Positions 50,423 through 61,035 of a DNA stretch of 64,000 nt are shown here, piece after piece (the stretch's first letter is position 1; the number at the start of each line of letters is the position of its first letter). The position numbers were made by a program, and so were the translations under genes. This DNA comes from Octopus sinensis (Eukaryota), in the NCBI RefSeq assembly GCF_006345805.1, contig NC_043015.1:28892001-28956000 (forward strand), given 5' to 3'. Under the pieces are notes generated by a model. The model ran no database searches and was not told the origin of the DNA. It worked only from the letters and a program-made list of their open reading frames with translations.

Positions 50423-50901
50423 GAGAATTATATGAAATCGGTTACGTCGAATCGGAGATCAATAAAATTCTTGATGACGCTGGCTTACCATTTGACATGT
50501 ACAAACCTCCAGTGATATCCACGGCACAGACGTATGAAGACATGGGATCTCCTCTCAAGTTCGTTCCATCAAATCATCCCTCAACTTTCGAATGTCAGAT
50601 AATCTCTGACGAAGACTGCGACGTCGATGTGGTCTCCGAGACCACAACAGTTCCTCAGAACCAAATCCTGATGGCACAGTGTCGCCAACCTACACCAAAC
50701 TGCAATGAACCTATTAGCAATGACGATGATGTCATTATACTCTCACCAGAATGGGACGCAGAACAGAAAATACCAGAATTCGACACTAATTCCTCCACAC
50801 TTATGATTGATAGTGTTTTCAGCCTGGCTCCAGAAAACTACGAGAACTTCAGTACGTCATATAACATCCCTGATGATACACAAATCATCCAACCGGATTA
50901 A
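50423..50901 (+). CDS. MGA: MGA-like terminal exon (GELYEIGYVESEINKILDDAGLPFDMYKPP...QIIQPD*)
   Basis: ttttttaaacag acceptor, phase 1, open to TAA at 50899-50901; the 14 exons total 3531 nt, a multiple of 3. Confidence 0.85.
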
Positions 50902-52012
50902 ATTTTCTATGCATTGGCCCCACTGTTGAGTGACGTTTTTTTTCCAAGTTTTACATTTAGTGTGTGAACAAGGAATAACAGAGAACAGCTTGCATATGTA
51001 TAACGTACGCAAGCACCTACCAAAAAGTAGAATATTAACTGACCGAATACAAAATTCATGCCACTGCATTCTGTGAGTCTTAAGAAGTCATAATATTGTA
51101 ACAATTTGACGTCTCTCCTTGATTATATATATGTGTATATATGTATATATATGATGTTAAAAAGGGCAGGAGAGACGGAAGATTTACGGAAGTTCAATTA
51201 TAAAAACAGCAGGTTACAACCACTTTCATCAACTCGTAACTCGCATTCATCCAAGTCATTAAACATTAAACTAATTGTGTTAATTGTAAATTTAAAAGTA
51301 AAAAGAAAAAAAAAAAACTAAAACAAGTAAAAACAGAATGCAAACAATTTTATTTAAATTTTTTTTGATTTAAGAGGTTATTTTTCGTAGTTCTGTATTT
51401 TTTTTTTTTTTTTGTAATTAAATATTTTTTAAATGTGGATCTGGCAGCAATATTAATGAATGGATAAACTGTTAATTACTCGTTAAAGACCCCGCCCCCA
51501 TTATCATTGTTTAATAACTCCTCAAAAAAAAATGCTGTTAATAATCTGAACTTTTTACTCATCAAAACTCTTTGTTGCTATAAAGAACTGCTCTATTGTT
51601 ATACACAACACCTCAAGGATTGCTCACTCATTGCTTCAAGGACTGTTCTTCATCACACACCATTGCCACAAGGACTACACTTCATGACAGGGAATGTCTC
51701 CATCATATACACCATTGCTACAAAGACCTCCTTGTTACCTACCATATACACACCATTCCATACAAAGGACTCCATTATCCATCATAAACACACCATTGCT
51801 GTAAAAACTCTCAGATCATCATCATCAAGGACTCTACTTCATCTTCTCCAATATATCATCATCCACACCATTTCTATAAGTATTGTTCTTTACCAAACCC
51901 CTCATGCTACTCTCGCAAGGAGTTCTTTACTCATGAAACATTTAATTACTGTTTAGTAAACTAAACAGTTTCACTGTATGGTGATCGTTACATAACTTTA
52001 GTTAAAAATGTT

Positions 52013-52018
52013 AATAAA
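52013..52018 (+). promoter_or_regulatory. Candidate polyadenylation signal of the MGA-like gene
   Basis: First canonical AATAAA found after the stop codon (ATTAAA variants occur earlier). Confidence 0.4.
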
Positions 52019-53261
52019 AGTTTGCAGTTTCAGTCTGGAAACTTCAACAACATACATACAGCAGTAGTATATACTGTAATTTATTAGCAGGAAACGTTTG
52101 TTAAATTATAAAAAAGAACAAAACAAAATATTTCTCTTAGCTGTTGTCTTTTATTATTTCAGTAAGTTCTTGGAATTTTCAAATAAGGGGCTTGTAAAAA
52201 AAAAACAAAAAATAAAAATCCATGCCCTGCAGTTATTTTCAATGGATCTGGGTTAATCTTTGGACAATAATGCTGGATTGTGGTTGATGTTGTAGTGAAA
52301 CCACACACAGCCCCCCTTGTAATATCAGAATACACCATCAGTAGAGTTTTAGGTTCAGTTTCTGTCCTTACATCTTGTGTTCCAGCGGCTAAAATATACC
52401 TCCTCCCCCTCCCCTTGCTACTGTTACAACTACCACCACCACCACCACAACCATCACCACTTCTTTGCATTCCTCTTTCTCTGTTCCCCCCCTTTTGGCA
52501 TGTAATCACTTGTTCAGCTTTTCAACAGAAGTCCTTCTCTCTCTCTGTCCCTGTCTCTCAAACACCAGTAATTTCTGGTTGTAAATGCTAGGGTAGATAT
52601 ACAAGGCTCTGATATTATAATTCTCTGGCATCAAGCATAACGAACTATTATTATTCATGCAAGAATTGCTTTTGGTTTAAAATGCCTACTTAGGATTCCT
52701 TTTACTTTTTATAACTTGAATTCTCTCATCTAACAAAATCCTTTTTTGTTTTTTTTTTCAATCCCAGGAAAAATAAATATGGCAGCTATCTTTTTGTTTC
52801 CAGCTTCAATTTGAAAAACTGAAAACAAATTTTAAAAAAATCAAGGCTTTAATGTTATTCATCTACATTTTAGAAAATTGGAAATAATCTTCAAATTAAT
52901 AATATATCATACTCCATCGATTTATTTTCTTAGATTTGATAATTCTCTTCTTCGTACTCTATAAATATAACGAAAGGGAATGGAGAGATGAACGCTGGAG
53001 AGTATTGGACAAAAATACTTCACCATTTTAGAATATTATCTCTCGAGTCTGTTCTGGTTGGAGTATCTTGAATATGTCCAGATCAGTAAAATATCAGTAA
53101 TATATTGAGTTCAAATTCAGTCAAGTATATTAATGAAAGGAAATGAATATTGGTAACAGTGATTAACACCATGAAGCAGAGTTAAGCTCTCTCTATGAAG
53201 TGAAGAACTGTTAAATGAATAAGCAGTGGAAATTAAAAGTAAATACACCTCACAAAAAAAC

Positions 53262-53339
53262 AAATAAGAATGGTGAAATAACATGTAGCAGAACCATTAT
53301 ATAATGGTTCTGCTACATGTTATTTCACCATTCTTATTT
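53262..53339. repeat. Perfect 78-bp palindrome
   Basis: 39-bp arms, no loop, no mismatch, followed by (TA)n. Confidence 0.95.
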
Positions 53340-53447
53340 ATATATATAAGTTCAGCAAAATTTAGATTCAAATGAATATGGTACTTAAGTTAGATGTACC
53401 AGGATTTTGTATGGTGTTATTCATATAAATCCATGGGGTGATTATAA

Positions 53448-53580
53448 TCAAAATAAGCAACAAGAATAACTTCGGTAATTTGGTACGATCGTTCCGCGCT
53501 ACATCATTTTATTTAATAAAATGATGTAGCGGAAACGATCGTACCAAGTTACCGAAGTTATTCTTGTTGCTTATTTTTGA
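53448..53580. repeat. Near-perfect palindrome of about 133 bp with a hammerhead-like remnant
   Basis: Arms of about 66 bp with a few mismatches; right arm reads ATGA-TGTAGCG-GAAAC-GATC-GTA; followed by (TA)n. Confidence 0.9.
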
Positions 53581-54017
53581 TATATATATATACATACATA
53601 CATAGTGTTTTAAAAATTTTTTACAAATTTATCTTAGACGATGCTGAGTAATATTAAAACTGATGCTATAAATAATGGTAGTAATTAATATTTATAGTTC
53701 TTTTAATTGTAAACAAAGCAATTAGTAAAAAAATTAAAATTTTTTTTTTTCAGGTAGTTTTTGTGAATTGTGGTTTTGATGAAAACGAAGAAAGACTTAC
53801 AAATTAACATTTCTTTTTGTGTAAATAACCTGAGGTGTAATTAACATTGAAATAAGATCTACAATGCATGTTGATTAATCTTACATTTCCGTTTATGCAC
53901 CACATGCCAACTTCTAATGGTCATAAATTATTTTGAATCATTTGTCTTCGAATATTGATTTGAAATTATGAAAATAGTTGGTCCTAAAAAAGAAACACAC
54001 ACACACAAAAGTACAGC

Positions 54018-54320
54018 AAACTCCTGTCCCCTCACACCATCAAGCAAAGTCCTGTCCCCCCAAACCCCCCAAAATACATCAAACTCCTGTCCCCCCCAAA
54101 CCCCCCAAAATACATCAAACTCCTGTCCCCTCCCCCATACCCCCCAAAATACATCAAACTCCTGTCCCCCCACCCCCCAAAATACATCAAACTCCTGTCC
54201 CCCCACACTCCCAAAAATACATCAAACTCCTGTCCCCCCAAACCCCCCAAAATACATCAAACTCCTGTCCCCCCCCACACACCCAAAAATACATCAAACT
54301 CCTGTCCCCACAAAATACAT
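54018..54320. repeat. C-rich minisatellite, about 9 units of 28-39 bp
   Basis: Unit AAACTCCTGTCCCCCCAAACCCCCCAAAATACATC at 54018, 54046, 54081, 54117, 54156, 54189, 54224, 54259 and 54296. Confidence 0.95.
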
Positions 54321-54783
54321 AATCACAGTAGGATCTTATTTGCGCTCTCTCCTTACGAATTCAAGGCTTAGTATGTTTAAGAAGGCAACATTAATTAATG
54401 TAATTTGACATGAATGATCAAAATATTTTATGACGATTTCGTGTATTTAGGAATATCCAGAATTCATCCCCATTTCTCTGTGTGTAACAAGCGTAACTAT
54501 TGAGAAGTCTTTGGTCCGCAGAGTTTAGTGACATTCACCTGTTCCTCCCAAACTATCGTAGCATTTATGTTGTAGGAAGTTGTGTAATTTTCTAACAGCT
54601 TTTATAACTAATCTTGTTTCAGGTGCCATTTAGCAAATTATCAACATTGATTATTCATGACAATGTCAACCATTCTTACGTTATTGCAGCTGCCTTAAGT
54701 CCTAAAACCTCATGCTCTTGTAAGTAATTAATTTCTCCTTGTAAATAAGTCCGTGTGTTGTCAGCTCTTTACTTGTATGAGCT

Positions 54784-54924
54784 TAAATAGACTAAATGTG
54801 AGAATCTTGATGGGATTTCTGTAAGGGCCTCTTTAAAAAAAAAAAAAATTTAAATAGACCAAATGTGAGAATCTTGATGGGATTTCTGTAAGGGCCTCTT
54901 TTTAAAAAAAAAAAAAAAAAAATT
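54784..54924. repeat. Tandem duplication of about 67 bp ending in poly(A)
   Basis: TAAATAGAC(T/C)AAATGTGAGAATCTTGATGGGATTTCTGTAAGGGCCTCTTT(A)n occurs twice. Confidence 0.9.
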
Positions 54925-55942
54925 AACATGCCAAAACTCTTCTCCCATTAGGACATGTTGTACAGAATTCTTCATATTACATATTTCATTTCATTAGTTT
55001 CCGTTTGTAAAGATGTTTTGGTTTATCACAAATTTCAATGAGAAACAACAAACTGAAAGTCAAAAAAATTAAATTTATTATTTTTGTACCATGAACCCTG
55101 TACATCATCCAGTTTACTCTTGGCAGGAGTTTAACCCCTGATGCTCCCTTTTCCTGTTAACTTTGATTAATTTTTACTTTAGCTTAAGGGCAACAAATTT
55201 CTAAATGGAGGGGCCTCTTTTGGCAAACTGAAAGGTAATGCTTATTTTTTCTACATTATTTTGAACGGCCTGTGTCAAAATCTTGTAACTTCAAGATTTT
55301 GACAATGTAATTGTTCGTTTTTAAAATGACATTGTAGGATAGGTGTAAGAGGCTGGATCAGGCCAGTTTGAGCATAAAATAGGTAGAATGGTTTGGCCAA
55401 ATATGACTAGCTTAGATACTAAAAAAAATCAAAACAAACAGATTGTTTTATATTTCTACGTAGGTTAGAATTCCATGAATGAGTGCTGTAGAGTAGAAGT
55501 TCCTTCTGATGACTGAAATCTATTTTTTATCCCGAGTCCTCATACCGATTCATTCCATTAGTAATTAGTACGGTCCTTATGACGAGCTTAAATGTTAAAC
55601 AACAGTCTCATCTTCCTCATTCGTTTCAGCTTGGACGTGCGTCTGTCCCGACTTTGCATATAATAACGGAGTAGGGGGCTGGGAGCACCCAAGCACATCT
55701 TGCTAAAAAAAAAAATCATTCTAATTCAGATTTTAAATTTCTTGAAAACCCCCTCAAATACAGCAGTTGTTGGATTGTTGGACAAAAATGCCTTGTGGTA
55801 ATTATTATGTTATTATGGTTCTTTATGTGCTGAGGTTCACTTTGCTGTTCATTCTTCTGGGGTCAATGGTGTTAATTAAATTGACCACCTCCATCTCCGA
55901 AATTTCGGGCCTTGTGTTTATGGAAGAAATATGCGTGTGTAT

Positions 55943-55977
<35 letters not shown>

Positions 55978-55978
<1 letters not shown>

Positions 55979-56293
55979 CACTTTGACCGACCAGTCCGTC
56001 AGGCGTCCATTTGACACCACTGGTCACAGCACGCTGTCCACTCCTCTCTGGATCGCGCCTTTCTCATCCACGTGATCCCAATCGCCCTCCTGAAATCGTA
56101 ACTCCACCGTCGTGGAGGTCTTCCGGGTGTTATATGGTAGTGAAACATGGGCTACCACAAAGAGAGAAGAGCAAAGACTGGTAACGGCTCAAAGAGCCAT
56201 GGAAAGGTCAATGCTTGGTATCTCGTTGAGAGAGCACATAAGTAGCGAGATCATCAGAAAGAAGTCCGGCGTGAGAGATGTCATCGCAGCAAG
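55978..56293. mobile_element. 5'-inverted RTE LINE fragment
   Basis: 56127-56293 plus strand: VLYGSETW...AQRAMERSMLGISLREHI..EIIRKKSGVRDVI. 56126-55978 minus strand: GRPPRRWSY...GITWMRKARSREEW..*. Both are RTE RT C-terminal motifs; flanked by (TA)n. Confidence 0.8.
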
Positions 56294-56305
56294 TATATAT
56301 ATATA

Positions 56306-56665
56306 TAGCTTGCTAACCAGCCACATGGTTCAGTCCCACTGCGTGGCATCTTGGGCAAGTGTCTTCTGCTATAGCCCCAGGCCGACCAATGCCTTGTGAG
56401 TGGATTTGGTAGACGGAAACTGAAAGAAGCCTGTCGTATATATGTATGTGCGTGTATGTTTGTGTTTGTGTTTGTCCCCCTAGCATTGCTTGACAACCGA
56501 TGCTGGTGTGTTTATGTCTCCGTCACTTAGCGGTTTGGCAAAATAGACCGATAGAATAAGTACTGGGCTTACAAAGAATAAGTCCCGGGGTCGAGTTGCT
56601 CGATTAAAGGCGGTGCTCCAGCATGGCCGCAGTCAAATGACTGAAACAAGGAAAAGGGTAAAGAG
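56306..56665 (+). mobile_element. S1 SINE, 5' truncated
   Basis: Family body and tail. Confidence 0.8.
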
Positions 56666-57174
56666 TATATATATGTATATAGATATAAATTGTTCTTAGT
56701 TGTGTTTTGTTTGTTATCCATTATAGAAATGTTTAACCTAATGTACATAGATTTAATGTATATATATATTTTAAAAATAAAACCACCCCCAAAAAATAAC
56801 TGGGGGAGGTGGGGGTCTGTTTGATACACCCCTTTGCATTTTCAATTTAAAGATATCTATATTATCAGGCTGTAAATGTGTTGAATAAGGATGGCAGCAT
56901 TCTTAAAACTGTTTTGATTCGGTTTATTCTATGAATAAATCTCGGAAATTCTTATTTTAGAACAGCCGAAAATATTGAGGTGAACGGGGGGTGTATATTG
57001 CCTGATCTCTATAATGAATAGGGGTGACAACTTTGGTAAATATTGTTTTCAAGTCTTCAATACCCAACAGCCCTCTTATTAGACACCCACACCAAAAAAT
57101 GAAATAAAATGTAAAAATTCTATGTAAGTCGATTGTCTGGCTTTTCATTCAATATGCACCTGTCTCTTTATTTT

Positions 57175-57622
57175 TTTCTTTGCAGTTATCTTTTACCCGT
57201 TTCAGTCATTTTACTGCGGCCATGCTGGAGCACCGCCTTTAGTCGAGCAAATCGACTCCAGGACTTATTCTTTTGTAAGCCTAGTACTTTATTCTATTGG
57301 TTTTCTTTTGCCGAACCACTAAGTTATGGGGATGTAAACATACAAGCAATGTTGGGGGGGACCAAACACAGACTCACAAACATATACACACACATACATT
57401 ATATATATATACATGCACACATATATACACACACACACACATATACATACACATATATATATACATATATACAACAGGCTTATTTCAGTTTGTCTACCAA
57501 ATCCACTCACAAGGCCTGAGGCTATAGTAGAAGACACTTGCCCAAGGTGCCACGCAGTGGGACAGAACCCAGAACCATGTGGTTGATAAGCAAGCTACTT
57601 ACCACACAGCCACTCCTGCGCC
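57175..57622 (-). mobile_element. S1 SINE
   Basis: Family body with small deletions. Confidence 0.8.
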
Positions 57623-57871
57623 TATCTGGAAGATTTTTTTTTTTGTGGTATTCTTCTGGTCTCTTGCTGAACTGCTAAGTTGTAGGGCAACACACACACA
57701 CAACAGCCTTCCACACAGTTTCTAATCTACCGAATTCACTCACGAGGGCATTGATTGATCTCGTGCTTAATAGTAGAAGATACTTGCCCCATGGTGCTGT
57801 GCAGTGGGACTGAACTCAAAACTACATGGTTACAAAGCAAGCTTCTTAACCACGCAGTCATACCTGCACCT

Positions 57872-58045
57872 CATCATCGTTTAACGTCCGCTTTCCATGC
57901 TAGCATGGGTTGGACAGTTCGACCGGGGATCTGGGAAGCCAGGAGGCTGCACCAGGCTCTAGTTTGATCTGGCAATGTTTCTACAGCTGGATGCCCTTCC
58001 TAACGCCAACCACTCCGTGAGTGTAGTGGGTGCTTTTTACGTGCC
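57872..58045 (-). mobile_element. R3 fragment
   Basis: Family body. Confidence 0.7.
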
Positions 58046-58880
58046 TGGGATGCCATTCATCAAAGGCCGACACAAGGTTGACTTAGAACTAAACACCAAT
58101 AATAATAATAGCATTATCAAAAATAGTGGAATAAAAAATGTCAGTGAAATAAAATTTTTTTTTAAATGAAAACTAAGTCCAGAATTTGTTGTTTTCCACA
58201 AAAGTTGAAAATGTAGACATTTAAAAAAAATTTTAAATGACAATCTCAGCTGAGGTATTTTTAGCATCCAATTAAATAAGGAATATAATATTCAACAAAC
58301 AAAATAGTAATTTGTACACAAATTTTTATTTTTCTCAATTTTTATGTCATAAGAACTTAAAAAAACCTAAATTAAAATTCTATTTTGAGGCCACTACTAG
58401 AATAACAAGTTTTACTCGTATAGCAATGACAAGATTTCCTATTTTAATCCTTTAATCCCGCTGCCGAGTGATGTAATAGGTTTTATTATGCAAGTAGTTC
58501 CCCAAAAAACTGAAATGAGGGTAACAAGAACAAAACTGATGGAGATAATCCCCAAAATTGAATTTAGGATTAGGAAAAAAATTATCCCCAATAATTACTT
58601 CTATGAAATGATATTTGCAATTGTTCCAAAAAGTCAAAGGTACATATATACATACATGTAGATATATATATATATAGAGAGGGGGCTATTTATGTGGATC
58701 AACAAATTAGATATATATCTGTCTCTCTGCGTAACTGCTTCTATATCAGCTCAACTGGATCCCTCTCTTTATAGCCATTCTTTACCGTGTGGAATTGCTC
58801 CCCTGTAAAGACATTGGAGTTGAAGTTTCAATCATTTGAGCACTACTAAGTCTCTTCTATATTGAGAAGCTCTGGATCTC

Positions 58881-58933
<53 letters not shown>

Positions 58934-59591
58934 TGCATACATATAGATTATATATACACGTATACGTACATATATGCATACATATCTATATAAACATGTA
59001 TATACATGCAATATATATATATATACACACACACACATATCTATATATACACATATAAATACATATATATATACACACACACAAATTATTCGGTTGCGAT
59101 AATAAAACTCCAAGCTTAGGATGTCGGGATGGAAATATGCTCCAGCATCTGGTAGGTTATTAAGACAATCAAAAAATGTATTTATATGTATATATATATA
59201 TATATATACACACACATATACAAGTACACATATATATACATGTATAGTTGAAGATAGACGTGGAAATAGCACAGTTGTAAGTCTAAGACATTTTCAATTT
59301 AAGATGGAATTTAATTAAAAAAAACTATATAAAATGAAAATTATACAAAGAGTTAAATTCTCTCTTAAATTGAAATGTCTTGGATTTATTTCTGTACTGT
59401 TTCCACCTCCATCTTATATATATACATACATACATACATATAGATACCTACGTGTATGTGTCTGTATGTATATATATATATACACATATAAACATATTTG
59501 GAAATGGATGACTGGCCTTCAATCAAATATAAATTATATATGCATACATATATATATATACACACATATATATATATATATGTATATATAC

Positions 59592-59597
59592 TTTATT
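59592..59597 (-). promoter_or_regulatory. Candidate ECM29 polyadenylation signal inside the palindrome arm
   Basis: First minus-strand AATAAA downstream of the ECM29 stop at 60320 (ATTAAA variants lie near 60084 and 59933). Confidence 0.45.
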
Positions 59598-59668
59598 TTA
59601 AGCAGCAGAAAATTCAACAAAATCTGTTACTCTGAGTTTCTCGTTGCCGTTCATGAGACAGTTTTTGC

Positions 59669-59713
59669 AAACTGTCTGATGAACGGCAACGAGAAACTCA
59701 GAGTAACAGATTT
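59669..59713 (+). ncRNA. Minimal type-I hammerhead ribozyme motif (Penelope-like element type)
   Basis: Stem I CTGT(59672-75)/ACAG(59706-09), core CTGATGA(59676-82), short stem II CG-GCAA-CG, GAAA(59693-96), stem III ACT/AGT with a 3-nt loop, cleavage triplet GUA(59703-05). The 10.1-11.1 pair is A.A rather than Watson-Crick. Confidence 0.65.
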
Positions 59714-60319
59714 TGTTGAATTTTCTGCTGCTTAAAATAAAGCATATTACTCTACCACTGGTATTTGAGTACTCTTTTTTCCACCTTGTTTCACATTTAT
59801 GTGTTTACTCCGGTCTATATGTATATATATATATACATACATACACACACATACATGAATATACATACATGCATATGTGTGTGTATATATATGTATACAT
59901 ACATACATACATTCTCCACATCTGTTAATATTTTAATAGCTATAAAAGAATAAGAGATTCGTCTAGTGGATATGAAATATTATAAATAGTTATCGTATGA
60001 TAATTACTCTGTTCCTTTGAAGTTGAAAAAAAAAATCTTAATCGAATATCTAAACTAGGCAAGAAGTTCTGTACAATAAGACCTTTAATGACATGGGCTT
60101 AACGATAAAAGTAAGAACCACAGAATATGATTGCTATGATTCGTTAACCCATCTAAGTAAACGATGAAAAATTGGAACACATAAATATTACATATATATA
60201 TATATACATTTATATATGCAGTATAAAATGTAAAATAATGTTCCACAGATTTATGTGATGGTATTGTCTGTGTATAAAAGACAGCTAGCTGGGTGTGTAT
60301 ATGTAGCTACCTAAAGTGA

Positions 60320-60468
60320 TCAGGAGATCTCCATGCTGGGTTTTAGCAACGAGGCCACATCGACTGCCTTCTGGTGCATCTCACTCTTATCATTCTCCAT
60401 GAATGGGGTCAGGCTGTTCATTAACTCTTCAGATAATTTCTCTGTCAACAATGCTCTGTTATCCAAGT
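60320..60468 (-). CDS. ECPAS: ECM29/ECPAS terminal exon (DLDNRALLTEKLSEELMNSLTPFMENDKSEMHQKAVDVASLLKPSMEIS*)
   Basis: tttctttttctcttag acceptor, phase 1, TGA stop; resembles the recalled ECM29 C-terminus (LL.ESL..ME.D...E.Q.KA..L). Confidence 0.85.
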
Positions 60469-60499
60469 CTAAGAGAAAAAGAAACAAACATGATAAATA

Positions 60500-61035
60500 T
60501 AAGGCGAATTCGAAATTGAACTTCATCCGACGACTGGCACCCATGCCAACCGCCCTTCGTTGGACACTAAACTCTGCTTGCGAAGACCTGTTGGGGCAAG
60601 TGAAATTGAACCAAATTCGATGACTCCCACCTGTGCCAGTGGAGCACTAACAGCTCCATCCAAGCGGGATCACTGCCAGAGCAGCTGTCTGGCTTCTGTG
60701 GCGGTGGGCACATAAAAAGCACCATTTGAGCATGATCATTACCAGCATTGCTTTACTGGCACTTCTGCTGGTGGCACGTGACTGACTCCTGTGCTGGTGG
60801 CATGTAAAAAACACCATTTCGAGCGTAACCGTTGCTAGTACCACCTGACTGGCCTTCGTGCCGGTGACACGTAAAAGCACCCACTACACTCTCGGAGTGG
60901 TTGACATTAGGAAGGGTATCCAGCTGTAGAAACTCTGCCAGATCAAGATTGGAGCCTGGCGCAGCCATCTGGTTCTCTAGTCCTCAGTCAAATCGTCCAA
61001 CCCATGATAGCATGGAAAGCGGCCATTAAAGGAGG
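60500..61035 (+). mobile_element. R3 element, longest copy with 5' extension
   Basis: 5' extension ACACTAAACTCTGCTTGCGAAGACCTGTTGGGGCAAGTGAAAT, tandem modules, body and tail. Confidence 0.75.

Larger units (their letters stand above)
59591..59742. repeat. 152-bp palindrome: 74-bp arms, 4-nt loop, one mismatch
   Basis: 59591 pairs with 59742; loop TTGC at 59665-59668; single G:G mismatch at 59655/59678. Confidence 0.95.

Noticed and set aside
51507-52591. 149-aa, 116-aa and 103-aa ORFs downstream of the MGA stop
   Set aside because: Derived from the degenerate repeat and (CCA)n/(CT)n low complexity; no splice context or homology.
54018-54320. Repeat array that could be mistaken for CRISPR
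   Set aside because: No unique spacers, eukaryotic context and no cas genes.
53928-54408. Pro/Gly-rich ORFs on both strands
   Set aside because: Translation of the C-rich minisatellite.
55505-55545. CTGATGA-CT-GAAAT motif; also TTGAAGA...GAAAT near 59250
   Set aside because: No stem II or stem I can be formed; chance matches to the hammerhead core.
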